Shown: positions 9,724 through 20,354, counted from the first letter of the stretch. The stretch is 64,000 nucleotides of DNA from an uncultured Desulfarculus sp. (GCA_963665125.2 CAXXUK010000002.1:192001-256000), one strand, 5' to 3'. A program made the numbers and translations. The notes: generated from the sequence alone by a model not told the origin.

Positions 9724-10779
9724 TTACTTGAGTACGCTCTGACGGATTATCGGATGGTGGGAGCAGCGGAAAGCGCCGCCCCAGGTGGCCACCGCGTCGT
9801 AGGGCACCTCGACGACATTGTGGCCCCGCTTGCGTAGTTCCTTGATGATTCGCTGGTGCTGGGCGTCGATGATGCAGGTGGTCTCGTCCAATACCAGGGC
9901 GTTGGCGGCCAGCTTCTTGGCCTCGTCAAGGGTGACCTCGACATAGTCCCAATCCCGGATGGCCGCGGGCAGCTCGCCCTTGAAGCCGGGGCGGTAGATC
10001 AGGCCCAGGCCGGGCTTGAGCAGTGCCAGCACGCAGTCCAGGTGTTCCCAGGCCGAATCCAGGGGCACCTCGATGACCTTGTACTTGGGCCCGAGCTGCT
10101 GCTGGAGCCAGGCGATACCGGCCTTGGTGCTGGCGCGGCCCGAGTTGCCAACGTAGATCTCATAGCCGTTGAGTTGCACGTCGCCACCCTCGATATAGAT
10201 GCCGTCATCCGGGAAAGAAGGATCGGGCATGGGCATGGCCACGAACTTGGCCCCGCGTTTTTCAGCCAGCTCGCGCAGGATGGGGCGTAGGCCGAAGCGC
10301 TCCTTGGCCCGCATGGGCACCTTGAGCGCCGTCTCGAAAACATTGTTGCCGATGACCAACATGGGGTCACGGGCGTAGAGCTGCATGCGGCCCTTTTGCA
10401 CGTAATCCAGGAATTGGCTCTGCGGCTGATCCAAAAGGGCCGGGCGGTGGACCTTGATGCCCCGCTTTTGCAGCACTTCGGCCAGATTGTCGATCTGGGC
10501 GATGACCTTTTTGGTGAGTTCGGGCTCCAGATCCATGGCGTCCTTGCCGCCGTTTTGCTTCATTTTTTCCAGATATTGCGGGTCGTAGATAAAATCCACG
10601 TACTTGGAATAGCCCGGCATGCGCAGGGTGTCGCCCCGGCCGATGACCACCTCGGTGAGTTTGCCCCATTCGTGATTCACCGACACCTTGGGCTCCTGGG
10701 CCTGATCCGCCGCATTTGCCGGCGAAAACGCGGCCAGCAGGCCGCAGACAATTGCCGATACCATCAATACCCTGATCAC
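9724..10779 (-). CDS. Amidinotransferase family (pentein) protein with signal peptide
   Basis: EWGKLTEVVIG, ARDP, EGGD, HLD, GGAFRC (Asp-His-Cys triad); leader ending ANA-A. Confidence 0.88.
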   Translation of the reverse strand: MIRVLMVSAIVCGLLAAFSPANAADQAQEPKVSVNHEWGKLTEVVIGRGDTLRMPGYSKYVDFIYDPQYLEKMKQNGGKDAMDLEPELTKKVIAQIDNLAEVLQKRGIKVHRPALLDQPQSQFLDYVQKGRMQLYARDPMLVIGNNVFETALKVPMRAKERFGLRPILRELAEKRGAKFVAMPMPDPSFPDDGIYIEGGDVQLNGYEIYVGNSGRASTKAGIAWLQQQLGPKYKVIEVPLDSAWEHLDCVLALLKPGLGLIYRPGFKGELPAAIRDWDYVEVTLDEAKKLAANALVLDETTCIIDAQHQRIIKELRKRGHNVVEVPYDAVATWGGAFRCSHHPIIRQSVLK

Positions 10780-10844
10780 GGATGCCTCCTTTTAGCTGTA
10801 AATTGTTCGGCACGCGATTTGGCCCCCCAACCGCCGTGGACGCT

Positions 10845-11147
10845 TTACGCCTCTATCCGTCCGTCCCTTTGGGCTGTTTTGTTCACCCAGGCTGAACGGC
10901 TGACCATGCCGTGGTCCTTGAGCCTCTGGGCCATGCTCCGGGCAAGGTCGCTGCCCGTGCCGTCGGCCTGGGGCGCGGACCATCTGAGCACCACCATCGC
11001 CTCGTTCTGATGAGCGGTGTTGGTGTAGACGTCGTAGCCGTCCAGTTCCGGCGGCATATGGGCGGGCCTGAGCGCCTCCCAAAATTCCGCGCCTTTGTGT
11101 TCCACGTCCGCTTCCGGGACGCGGACCCTTATTGTTTCCATCCACAT
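10845..11147 (-). CDS. Small hypothetical protein (100 aa)
   Basis: ATG downstream of sigma54 promoter, co-oriented with amidinotransferase. Confidence 0.65.
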   Translation of the reverse strand: MWMETIRVRVPEADVEHKGAEFWEALRPAHMPPELDGYDVYTNTAHQNEAMVVLRWSAPQADGTGSDLARSMAQRLKDHGMVSRSAWVNKTAQRDGRIEA

Positions 11148-11206
11148 GGTTCCACTTGCTTTCCCGGCGGCCCCGGCAGGCAGGGGCGCCCGATGCCGGT
11201 TCTGAT

Positions 11207-11222
11207 TGCCAAAGGCGTGCCA
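11207..11222 (-). promoter_or_regulatory. sigma54 (-24/-12) promoter
   Basis: TGGCACGCCTTTGGCA on minus strand (GG-N10-GC), next to divergent sigma54 activator. Confidence 0.75.
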
Positions 11223-11393
11223 TCCGGAGGCGTTCTGCTTTTCGCCGTCAATTCAGCATGTTGGTCGAACAGAAATCCGTCGTGACGCCTAATCGACAAG
11301 ATTTCTCTTAAATTTAATAGAATTTCTATGTTATATGAGAGATTGCCGCATAAAGTATGAAATACAGGAGATCCATCCTTACGGGAGCGCCCC

Positions 11394-12944
11394 ATGACCA
11401 GCCTGCCCCTGATCTATCACCGCGTGGCCAAGGCCTTGTTCGCCGAGCCGCGCATCGAAAAAGCCTGGCAGAATTGCCTGGCCTGTCTGGATGAACACAT
11501 CCCGGCCGACTATCTGAGCCTGCATTTGTTCGACCCTGGCCTGGGGATCATCGAATCGGTGGTCGACGCCACGGCCCAACGTTCGGAGCCCATATCAAAA
11601 AAGACCATCCTTTCACCTCAGGCCAGGGATCAGATGCGGGCCATCACCACCGAGGGCAAGGGCACGCCGTCCTTTTCCATATTCGACAGCTTGGCCAACC
11701 ATGACATGGCCCGCCAGTTGGGACTGGATCTGGGCACCCCGGACGACCCCAGCATCGCCATGGACTTGATCATGGGCGGCCAATACCTGGGCTTCGCGGC
11801 GGTTACCAACACCAGGGGCATCCTCTACACGCCCGAGCACGGCAAACTGCTGCTTGGGCTGCACGACCTCCTGGCCGCCACGGCCCTGATCTTTCATCAG
11901 TCCAGGCAGCTTTCCCGGGTCCGGGCCCTGATGGACGACCGCGACACCTTTTTGAACCAAGAGCTGATGCGTTCGGTGGAAGACGAGATCATCGGCGCGG
12001 AGTTCGGCCTCAGGGACGTGGTGGAGATGGTGGAAAAGGTGGCCGCCACCGACTCGCCGGTGCTGCTGTTGGGCGAAACCGGCGTGGGCAAGGAAGTGGT
12101 GGCCGGGTTGATCCACCGCTCGTCGCCCAGGGCCAAGGGCCCCTTCATCAAGGTCAACTGCGGATCCATCCCCCAGGGGCTTTTGGAAAGCGAGCTGTTC
12201 GGCCACCAAAAAGGCGCCTTCACCGGAGCAACGGCCACCCGCAAGGGCTATTTCGAGCGGGCCGACGGCGGCACCATCTTCCTGGACGAGGTAGGCGAGC
12301 TGGGCAACGACGCCCAGGTGCGGCTGCTGCGCGTCCTTCAGGACAAGCGCGTGGAGCGCGTGGGCGGTGGCGAGACCCTGTGCCTGGATATCCGGGTTAT
12401 CGCCGCCACCAACCGTGATCTCCAGCGGATGGCCGCCGATGGCCGGTTGCGCCAGGATCTTTTCTTCCGGCTCAACGTTTTCCCCATCACCATCCCCCCC
12501 TTGCGCCGCCGCCGCGAGGATATCCCGGCCCTGGCCTATCATTTCGTGGCCAAAAAGGCCCGGGCCATGGCCCTGCCCGATCTACCGCGCATCCAGCCCG
12601 GCGCCGTGGACCGGCTGATGAGCTACGCCTGGCCCGGCAACGTGCGCGAGCTCGAAAACGTCATCGAGCGGGAGATAATCGTCAACAGGGGCAAGCCGAT
12701 AACCTTTGAGCACATCAGCGGACCGGCGCCCCAAGCCGCCGCCCCGGAAGAGGTATCCGGGGCGCGGGAGCTGGATGCGGTGATAAAGGCCCACATCACC
12801 GCTGTTCTGCGGACCACAAAAGGCAAGGTGGAAGGACCGGGCGGCGCGGCCGGTATCCTGGGCGTAAATCCCCGCACCTTGCAATCACGCATGAAAAAGC
12901 TGGGCATTCCCTTTGGCCGCAAGGCCCGGGACTATTACGGCTAG
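11394..12944 (+). CDS. sigma54-dependent activator with GAF-like N-terminus (FhlA/NifA-like)
   Basis: [37 protein letters not shown]-terminal HTH. Confidence 0.93.
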   Translation: MTSLPLIYHRVAKALFAEPRIEKAWQNCLACLDEHIPADYLSLHLFDPGLGIIESVVDATAQRSEPISKKTILSPQARDQMRAITTEGKGTPSFSIFDSLANHDMARQLGLDLGTPDDPSIAMDLIMGGQYLGFAAVTNTRGILYTPEHGKLLLGLHDLLAATALIFHQSRQLSRVRALMDDRDTFLNQELMRSVEDEIIGAEFGLRDVVEMVEKVAATDSPVLLLGETGVGKEVVAGLIHRSSPRAKGPFIKVNCGSIPQGLLESELFGHQKGAFTGATATRKGYFERADGGTIFLDEVGELGNDAQVRLLRVLQDKRVERVGGGETLCLDIRVIAATNRDLQRMAADGRLRQDLFFRLNVFPITIPPLRRRREDIPALAYHFVAKKARAMALPDLPRIQPGAVDRLMSYAWPGNVRELENVIEREIIVNRGKPITFEHISGPAPQAAAPEEVSGARELDAVIKAHITAVLRTTKGKVEGPGGAAGILGVNPRTLQSRMKKLGIPFGRKARDYYG

Positions 12945-13100
12945 GGTTGATATAGCCGTTTGCGCTACGCCTTCTTGAAATTATGGAAGGATCTTTCGGC
13001 CACGGACTTGTCAAAGCGATTGTCTTAGCCGCTAACGCCGGGAATCAGGCCGCGTTTGGGCTTGCGTGAAACTACCGAATGAATTGGGGGCACAGGCCTA

Positions 13101-13757
13101 TTACACGGTCTCGGGAATGATGGACTTCAGGATGGTCTCTTCCGCCAGGTCGAGATATTCCTCGCGGGTGTAATCCCCCAGATTCCAGCGCCGCAAAGAG
13201 TACAAAGAAAGTTGCAGGACGATCATGTTGGCCGCGAAGAAAGGATCGTGCACCCTAAAAACCCCGCTTTGGTTGCCGCGGATGATGATGTCCTCGAATA
13301 GTTTTATGGCCTCGCCTTCCTTTTCCAGGGTGGCTTTCATGATCTTGCGGGGCAACACCCTCGTTTCACGGTACATCATCAGGATGTCGTCCTTGAAGTC
13401 GTAGGTGTTTTCCAGGGCTTGGCGCAGAACGGCCTTTAGCTGCTCAACGGGATCGGCGATATCCAGGATGCCTTTTTGCTCCAGCGCCTCATTCATGGCG
13501 GCGTGGTAGGTGTTAAAGGCCAGGCAGAGAATTTCTTCCTTGCTGTTGATATAGTAATAGAGGTTTCCAAGGTTTATGCCCGTGGCCTTGGAAATGTCGC
13601 GCATGCTGGTCTGGGCGTATCCCTTTTTGATAAACAGTTTCGAGGCCTTTTTGACAATCACCGCCTGCTTTTTTTGAAACGACTGCTGCTGGCGCTGACT
13701 GGTTTTTTTGCCAGAACCGGAACTGGTGCCAGTGCCGCAGTTTTTATCACTCATCAA
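13101..13757 (-). CDS. TetR/AcrR family regulator
   Basis: LF..KGY..TSMRDIS..TG...GNLYYY..SKEEIL HTH. Confidence 0.92.
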   Translation of the reverse strand: MMSDKNCGTGTSSGSGKKTSQRQQQSFQKKQAVIVKKASKLFIKKGYAQTSMRDISKATGINLGNLYYYINSKEEILCLAFNTYHAAMNEALEQKGILDIADPVEQLKAVLRQALENTYDFKDDILMMYRETRVLPRKIMKATLEKEGEAIKLFEDIIIRGNQSGVFRVHDPFFAANMIVLQLSLYSLRRWNLGDYTREEYLDLAEETILKSIIPETV

Positions 13758-13983
13758 AACCTCTCTTGAAACCCGTGCCGCGCGGGTTGCGCGGAATTTT
13801 CAACGCCGCCCTTAACCCACTTCCCGCACAAATCGGCTTCCCGCTGAAATACCACCTAAAACCCCAGGTGAAAAATCAAATACAATAAGGGATATGGCCG
13901 CAACCTTAACCAACCCGTTCGATCTATGCAACGCGGAAAGCCTCCTTGCATATTTCAATATTACAGCTGGAGTGTAATAATAC

Positions 13984-13995
13984 AAACGTTCGTTT
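13984..13995. promoter_or_regulatory. Candidate TetR operator
   Basis: Near-palindrome AAACGTTCGTTT in AT-rich divergent intergenic region. Confidence 0.4.
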
Positions 13996-14128
13996 TCATT
14001 AAGCTTCTTATCTAATTGTATTTACTATCATTATTTATTATTGTTTTTTGCTGAAAAATATATATCATTACACTCACGGTATTAAAAAAGAGATAGCCCT
14101 ATTACAAGATAAATAAGGAGCCGGCGGC

Positions 14129-15670
14129 ATGATCAAAACGGTCGAGCAATATCTGGAAAGTTTGGATGACGGACGGGAAGTATGGTGCCTGGGTGAAAAG
14201 GTCAAGGATGTCCGGACCCATCCTTCGGTCAGCACAATCGTCCGCATGGCGGCCATGGACTATGTCCTGCCCAACCACCCGGATTACAAGGATATCTTTG
14301 TAACACAAGACGAAGACGGCGAGGACATCAACTTCCTGCTCACCGCCCCAAAAACGTCCGAAGACATGCTGCGCCGCAGGGAATGCTACATGGTGGGCAT
14401 GCGGGCCGGCGGCGGCGTGCTGGTCCACTGCATGGGCGCCGACGCCCTGGCCTCCTTTGCCGTGGCCGCCGAGGTGATGGATAAAAAAATCGGCACCAAC
14501 TACACCGAGCGGGTGGACAACTACCGGCGCTATCTCCAGAAAAACGACCTGGCGCTGACCGGCGCCATCACCGACGTCAAGGGCGACCGCAGCCTGCACC
14601 CCTCTCAGCAAAAGCAGCACCAGGACTATTACCTGCGCATCGTCGACCGCAAGGAAGACGGCATCGTGGTGCGCGGCGCCAAGGTGCACATCAGCGCCTC
14701 TCCCTGCGCCAACGAGCTGTTGTGCCTGCCGTGCCGCACCATGGGCGAGGCCGACAAGGACTATGCCGTGGCCTTTGCCGTGCCCGTCAACACCCCCGGC
14801 GTCAAGCTCATAGGAGTGGAGCCCAATGTGCGGCTCTATGGCGATGAATGCGAATTCGATTACCCCGCATCCGACCATCTGCAACCTTCGGAATCGCTGA
14901 TCGTCTTCGACGACGTGTTCGTGCCCTGGGACCGAGTCTTCATGTGCGGCGAATGGGAACACTCCCAAAGTCTGGTCTATGCCTTTGCCAGCTATCACCG
15001 CCTGTTTGGCACCTGCAAGATGACCCGCCAGCTCGAAGTGATGACCGGCGCGGCCAGCCTCATCGCCAAGTACAACGGCGTGAACAAGATCCCCCACGTG
15101 CGCAAGAAACTGGCCTGGATGGCCTACATCACCGAGACCGTGCAGATGCTGGCCAAGCAGGCCTGCCTGGAGCCCATCTCCGAATTCGGCATGGACGTGA
15201 TGATGCCCAACCGCGTGGCCATCAACGCCTCCAAGTTCACCTATGCCAGCAACTTCCACACCATGTGCCAGCACATGCACGACATCGGCGGTGGCCTGAC
15301 CACCACCGTGCCCGCCTTCCGCGACTGGAAGAACACGGAGCTGCATCCGTTCATCGAAAAATATCTGTCGGCAAAAGACGGCGTGCCCACCGAGGACCGG
15401 CTGCGCATCCTGCGGCTGATCAAGGACTGCACGGGCAACCATTGGCAGGTCGACACCATCCACGGCGAAGGGTCCATGGCCGCCCAGGAGATGTTCCTCT
15501 ACGGCAGCGCCGACTGGTCCAAGATGGAGGCCGCCGCCCGCCGCGCCGCCCATATGGACGGCTGGCAGTCCGACGCCACCTACTCCAAGCTGCCGTTGAT
15601 CAGCGAAAGCGTCAACATGCCCGAGTTGGATGAATCCTACGAGGGATTCGGGCCCACGTTGAAAGCGTAG
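14129..15670 (+). CDS. 4-hydroxybutyryl-CoA dehydratase / HpaB family flavoprotein
   Basis: AITDVKGDRS, GIVVRGAKVHIS, FDDVFVPWDRVF, YHR....CK, HGEGS. Confidence 0.88.
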   Translation: MIKTVEQYLESLDDGREVWCLGEKVKDVRTHPSVSTIVRMAAMDYVLPNHPDYKDIFVTQDEDGEDINFLLTAPKTSEDMLRRRECYMVGMRAGGGVLVHCMGADALASFAVAAEVMDKKIGTNYTERVDNYRRYLQKNDLALTGAITDVKGDRSLHPSQQKQHQDYYLRIVDRKEDGIVVRGAKVHISASPCANELLCLPCRTMGEADKDYAVAFAVPVNTPGVKLIGVEPNVRLYGDECEFDYPASDHLQPSESLIVFDDVFVPWDRVFMCGEWEHSQSLVYAFASYHRLFGTCKMTRQLEVMTGAASLIAKYNGVNKIPHVRKKLAWMAYITETVQMLAKQACLEPISEFGMDVMMPNRVAINASKFTYASNFHTMCQHMHDIGGGLTTTVPAFRDWKNTELHPFIEKYLSAKDGVPTEDRLRILRLIKDCTGNHWQVDTIHGEGSMAAQEMFLYGSADWSKMEAAARRAAHMDGWQSDATYSKLPLISESVNMPELDESYEGFGPTLKA

Positions 15671-15719
15671 AACGCGTCCTGGCCGTTGATCAAGCGATCA
15701 CGGCTCACGAAAAAGACCG

Positions 15720-15770
15720 GCCGCGCCGGACGGGTAATCAAGGCATTGCCCGCCCGGCGCGGCGTTTTTT
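15720..15770 (+). terminator. Intrinsic terminator
   Basis: GCCGCGCCGG...CCGGCGCGGC stem followed by T-run. Confidence 0.7.
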
Positions 15771-16022
15771 GGCGGCTTGAGCATAAAATCCGGCCAATGT
15801 TACGAAGCTATTGATCCATGCCGGGCCGGGGGATCAGTCCTTCTTGGCGTAACAGGCCAGGGGCTTGCCCTGGGCCATGGCCAAGGCGCCAAAGTGATCT
15901 ATAACTCCTGGTAAAAAATTACCAATCAAACTATAGGCTGTAATACACTACTGTTATCTGAAATATCATAATGCGCGCCACAACAAAACGTTTAAACCAA
16001 ATCCCGAGGAGGAAAAAGTTAA

Positions 16023-16505
16023 ATGGGGGCTTACCGCGTCGCACAAATTTGTCTCAATGGTCATACCATTACCGCCTCTTCAGATACCTATCCTCAATTT
16101 AAGGAGGCATACTGTTCAAAATGTGGCAAGCCAACAATAACGACTTGCCCAAACTGTAATACAAGTATCAGAGGATATTATGAAGATGAGGATGGATTTG
16201 GTTTCGGTAGTGACTATTCTCCACCCTCCTTTTGCTATAACTGTGGAAAGCCGTTCCCATGGACAGAGGAAAAATTGGCATCTGCCATTGCGTTATTAGA
16301 ACTGAGCAAAAAGTTTTCAGAAGATGAGTTACAAACAGTTCGATCAGATTTAATCGAATTAGCCACAGACTCGCCAAGGACACAAGTTGCTGCTATCCGT
16401 TTTAAAGAGGTATTAGGGCGAGTGGGTGCATCGGTCGGTGAAGGTTTGCGCAGCATCCTCGTGGACATTGCCAGCGAAACGGCAAAAAAGACCATTTGGG
16501 GCTAG
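16023..16505 (+). CDS. DUF2321-like zinc-ribbon protein, AT-rich
   Basis: QICLNGH, CSKCG, CPNC, CYNCGKPFPWTE; GAGGAGG RBS. Confidence 0.82.
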   Translation: MGAYRVAQICLNGHTITASSDTYPQFKEAYCSKCGKPTITTCPNCNTSIRGYYEDEDGFGFGSDYSPPSFCYNCGKPFPWTEEKLASAIALLELSKKFSEDELQTVRSDLIELATDSPRTQVAAIRFKEVLGRVGASVGEGLRSILVDIASETAKKTIWG

Positions 16506-16729
16506 TCTATATTTGGCATCTCTTTTGTGTGAGGCATGGTTCTACGCCATGCCATTTTTAACATATCCGTCTTGTTGTCTGAACGCAGTTCAGCTATTGA
16601 TAATTTAACAGCGTTCATGATACTAATAACTCTAGTTACGCTTTAATTGCCATCTTTGATCCAATCAATCAAATCGCAATCAAGGGGCGCGGTTGCGCCC
16701 TCATGGCCTCTACACCAGGGAGCGCGAAT

Positions 16730-17254
16730 ATGAACAGCCAATACCCCCCGGTGCCCTCAGGCAAAAAATGGTTCAAGGAACTGGTGGCCAAAATCACCCT
16801 TGTAGTCCTTGGCCGGGGCCTGGCGGCGGCGGCGAACAGGGACCCGGACATTCGCCGGGAAGTCTCCAAATGGCCCAACGGCTTCAGCCTGATGATGAAC
16901 ATCAAGCCGGGCGGCCCGCGCATGACCGTGGAAAAGGTCGGCGGCAGGCTCAAATACCGCGGGGCCAAGCCCGACGACGCCACTCTGATCATCAATTTCA
17001 AAAACGTCGACGCGGCGTTCATGCAGTTCACGGCCCAGATCGGCACTACCAGGGCCTTTGCCGAACACCGCTACACGGTGGCCGGCGATTTGGGCTATGC
17101 CATGAGCTTTGTCCGCTGCATGGATGTGTTGATGGGCCACCTGTTCCCCGGCCCGGTCAACAAACACTTATTAAAAAGGCTTCCGCCGATGCCCCTGAAA
17201 AAGCAGTTGATCAGGCTCTACATCTATACCATCGGCATTCCCCTGGGCCGCTAG
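16730..17254 (+). CDS. Hypothetical protein, probable SCP2 lipid-binding fold
   Basis: D.TLII.F...AF...R.TV.GDL..AM pattern; first gene of ADH-AOR operon. Confidence 0.55.
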   Translation: MNSQYPPVPSGKKWFKELVAKITLVVLGRGLAAAANRDPDIRREVSKWPNGFSLMMNIKPGGPRMTVEKVGGRLKYRGAKPDDATLIINFKNVDAAFMQFTAQIGTTRAFAEHRYTVAGDLGYAMSFVRCMDVLMGHLFPGPVNKHLLKRLPPMPLKKQLIRLYIYTIGIPLGR

Positions 17255-17279
17255 CCCGTTATAAACAGGAGGACAAGGC

Positions 17280-18464
17280 ATGCTTCCTTCCTATTATGAA
17301 TTCCATAATCCGGTAAAGGTCGTCTCCGGCAAAAAAGCCCTGGAGAACATCCCCTACGAACTGGAACAGCTGGGCGTCAAGCGGCCCATCGTGGTCACCG
17401 ACAAGGGCGTAGTCGAGGCGGGGCTATTGAAGATCGTCCTGGGCGCCTTCGACAGCTCGGGCCTGACCATGGGCGCGCTCTTCGACGAAACACCGCCCGA
17501 CTCGGACGTGGCCATCTGCAACAAGATCGCCGCCCTGTACCGCGAAAACGAGTGCGACTGCATCATCGCCGTCGGCGGCGGATCGCCCATCGACACGGCC
17601 AAGGGCGCGGGCATTGTCCTGGCCGAAAACGCCGAAGACCTGATGCTCTACATGGGCGCCGAGCGCCTGACCAAGCCCATCCCGCCGCTGATCGTGGTGC
17701 CCACCACCAGCGGCACCGGCTCGGAGGTGACCTACGCCGCCGTGATAGCCGACCGCAAAAAGGGCATCAAGATGGCCTTCACCAGCTATCTGATGCTGCC
17801 CAGGGTGGCCGTGCTGGACCCGAGGATGACCCTGACCCTGCCGGCCAAGATCACCGCCGCCACGGGCATGGACGCCCTGACCCACGCCTGCGAGGCCTAT
17901 TACTGCCTGCAAAAAAACCCCATCTCCGACGCCCACGCCATGGGCGCCATCAAACTGATCAGCGAAAACCTGCTCACGGCGGTCAAGGACCCCAAAAACG
18001 AGCAGGCCCGCATGGCCATGGCCAACGCCGCGCTACTGGCCGGGGCGGCCTTTTCCAACTCCATGTGCGGCATGGTCCACAGCCTGGGCCACGCGGCGGG
18101 CGGTGTGTGCCACGTGCCCCACGGCCTGGCCATGAGCATCTTCTTGCCCTTTGGCATGGAATACAACATCGACAAGACTGGCGACGTCATCGGCGAGTTG
18201 CTGCTGCCCCTGGGCGGGGCCGACGAATACGCCAAGACCCCGGCGGCCCAGCGTCCCTACCGCGCCGTTGAGCTGATTCGCAAGCTCAGGCAAGACCTCT
18301 ACGACGCCTGCGGGCTGCCCCAGACCCTCAAGGACGCCGGCGTGCCCAGGGAAAAGCTGGACGAAATCGCCCAGGCGGCCATAAACGACGGCGCCCACGC
18401 CTTCAACCCCGAGGAAATGGACCTTGGCGACGCCACCCGCATGTTGCAGGCGGCCTACGAATAA
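17280..18464 (+). CDS. Iron-containing alcohol dehydrogenase
   Basis: GGGSPIDTAK, PTTSGTGSE, DALTH, HSLGH, PHG. Confidence 0.95.
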   Translation: MLPSYYEFHNPVKVVSGKKALENIPYELEQLGVKRPIVVTDKGVVEAGLLKIVLGAFDSSGLTMGALFDETPPDSDVAICNKIAALYRENECDCIIAVGGGSPIDTAKGAGIVLAENAEDLMLYMGAERLTKPIPPLIVVPTTSGTGSEVTYAAVIADRKKGIKMAFTSYLMLPRVAVLDPRMTLTLPAKITAATGMDALTHACEAYYCLQKNPISDAHAMGAIKLISENLLTAVKDPKNEQARMAMANAALLAGAAFSNSMCGMVHSLGHAAGGVCHVPHGLAMSIFLPFGMEYNIDKTGDVIGELLLPLGGADEYAKTPAAQRPYRAVELIRKLRQDLYDACGLPQTLKDAGVPREKLDEIAQAAINDGAHAFNPEEMDLGDATRMLQAAYE

Positions 18465-18484
18465 CCCCAGGGATGTGAGTCGAA

Positions 18485-20341
18485 ATGGCTGAGATAATCG
18501 GAACCAACAACAAGGTCCTGATCGTTGACCTGACCACCCAAACCACCGAGTTGTACAAGGTGGCCGAACAGGAGCGCCTGTGCTACCTGGGAGCCAAAGG
18601 CTTGGGCCTTAAACTACTGTACGACCGCCAGGAGCCCGGGGCCGACCCCCTGGGGCCCGACAACCACATAGCCTTCATGCCCGGCGTGTTGATGGGCACA
18701 GGAGCGCCGTGTTCGGGGCGTTTCTTCGCGGTGACCAAATCGCCGCTCACCGGCATCTTCGCCGGTTCAAGCTGCGGCGGCCCGTTCGGCATGCAGCTCA
18801 AGACGGCAGGCTGGGACGGCCTGGTGATCAAGGGCAAGGCCGACAAGCCGACGTATCTTTTCCTCGATGAAGAAGGGGTGCAGTTCCGCGACGCCGCCGA
18901 TCTATGGGGCATGGAGACCACCGCGGCCATCGAAAAGCTCGACGCCAAGCGCCAGGCCTCGGTGGTCATCGGCCCGGCCGGGGAAAACCTGGTCCGTTTC
19001 GCCAATATCCGCAGCGGCCACCGTTTTTTGGGCCGGGGCGGCATGGGCGCGGTCATGGGCGCCAAGAACCTCAAGGCCATCGTGGCCAAGGGCGGCGCGT
19101 ACAAGATCCGGCCCGTGGACTCCGACAGCTTCGAGCGCCACAAAAAACGGGCCACCAAGTACATCAATTCCAACGATATGACCGGCGACGTGTACCGCAA
19201 GTACGGCACGGCGGCCAACGCCCGGATGAACCAGGAAGGCGGCATCCTGCCGGTGAACAACTTCCGCGACGGCAAGCACCCGGACTTTGATCTGATCTCC
19301 GGCCAGACCATGGCCGCCAAATACGACACCTCGCCCCACACCTGCAAGCCCTGCACCATCATGTGCGGCCACAAGGGCACCATCCGCGGCGAGACCAGGC
19401 CCATCCCCGAGTTCGAGACCGTGGGCCTGCTGGGCTCCAACCTGGGCATATTCGACACCGACGCCATCAGCGACTGGAACGAGATCTGCGGCCGCCTGGG
19501 CCTGGACACTATCAGCTCCGGCGGCACCCTGGCCTGGGTCATGGAGGCCACGGAAAACGGGCTCATCGACACGGACCTGAAATTCGGCTCCACCGATGGC
19601 ATAAGCCAGGCCCTGGAAGACATCGCCTACCGCCGGGGATTCGGCGACGACATGGCCAACGGGTCCCGCTGGCTCTCAAGCAAATACGGCGGCACCTACT
19701 ACGCCATGCACGTCAAGGGCTTGGAGATGGCGGCCTACGACCCGCGCGGCTCCTTCGGCCAGGGGCTCAACTACGCCGTGGCCAACCGCGGGGCCTGCCA
19801 TTTGTCGGCCTACCTGTCGGCCCAGGAGGTCTTCTTCAAGATGCTCAGCCCCCAGTGGACCATGGCCAAGGCCAAATGGGTGCGCTTCTTCGAGAGCCTC
19901 ACGGCCTGCATCAACTCTTTGCAGACCTGCCAGTTCACCATGTACGCCTATCTGTTCGAGTCGCCGGTGGTAAAGATAAACCCGACGTTTGTGTTGTGGG
20001 CAAACATGCAGCTTGCCCCCGAGGCGGCCATGCCCCTGGTGGACATGAGCCTGTACCGGGGCTTTTGGTCATCCATCACCGGCCAGGACATCTCCCTGTG
20101 GAACTTCTTCAAGGCTGGAGACCGCATTCACACCCTGGAGCGCTACATGAACACCAGGGAGGGCGTCAGCCGCACCCAAGACACCCTGCCGCCGCGCATG
20201 CTGCGAGAAGGCCGCCCCTGCGACCCCAAGGGCAGGCCCGTGCCGCTGAACAAGATGCTCGACAGCTATTACAAACTGCGGGGCTACAACCGCAACGGCA
20301 TCCCCAAGCCGGAGACGCTGATCAAGCTGGGCATCGTCTAA
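18485..20341 (+). CDS. aor: Aldehyde:ferredoxin oxidoreductase (W/Mo-pterin)
   Basis: KSPLTG, IGPAGENLV, GRGGMGAVMGAKNLKA, CxxCxxxC, GLDTIS, DPRG, RGACH. Confidence 0.95.
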   Translation: MAEIIGTNNKVLIVDLTTQTTELYKVAEQERLCYLGAKGLGLKLLYDRQEPGADPLGPDNHIAFMPGVLMGTGAPCSGRFFAVTKSPLTGIFAGSSCGGPFGMQLKTAGWDGLVIKGKADKPTYLFLDEEGVQFRDAADLWGMETTAAIEKLDAKRQASVVIGPAGENLVRFANIRSGHRFLGRGGMGAVMGAKNLKAIVAKGGAYKIRPVDSDSFERHKKRATKYINSNDMTGDVYRKYGTAANARMNQEGGILPVNNFRDGKHPDFDLISGQTMAAKYDTSPHTCKPCTIMCGHKGTIRGETRPIPEFETVGLLGSNLGIFDTDAISDWNEICGRLGLDTISSGGTLAWVMEATENGLIDTDLKFGSTDGISQALEDIAYRRGFGDDMANGSRWLSSKYGGTYYAMHVKGLEMAAYDPRGSFGQGLNYAVANRGACHLSAYLSAQEVFFKMLSPQWTMAKAKWVRFFESLTACINSLQTCQFTMYAYLFESPVVKINPTFVLWANMQLAPEAAMPLVDMSLYRGFWSSITGQDISLWNFFKAGDRIHTLERYMNTREGVSRTQDTLPPRMLREGRPCDPKGRPVPLNKMLDSYYKLRGYNRNGIPKPETLIKLGIV

Positions 20342-20354
20342 ACCTTTTGCATTC

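Noticed and set aside
13030..13075. Integron attC-like site (GCTAAC...)
   Set aside because: No matching GTTRRRY end and no integrase.
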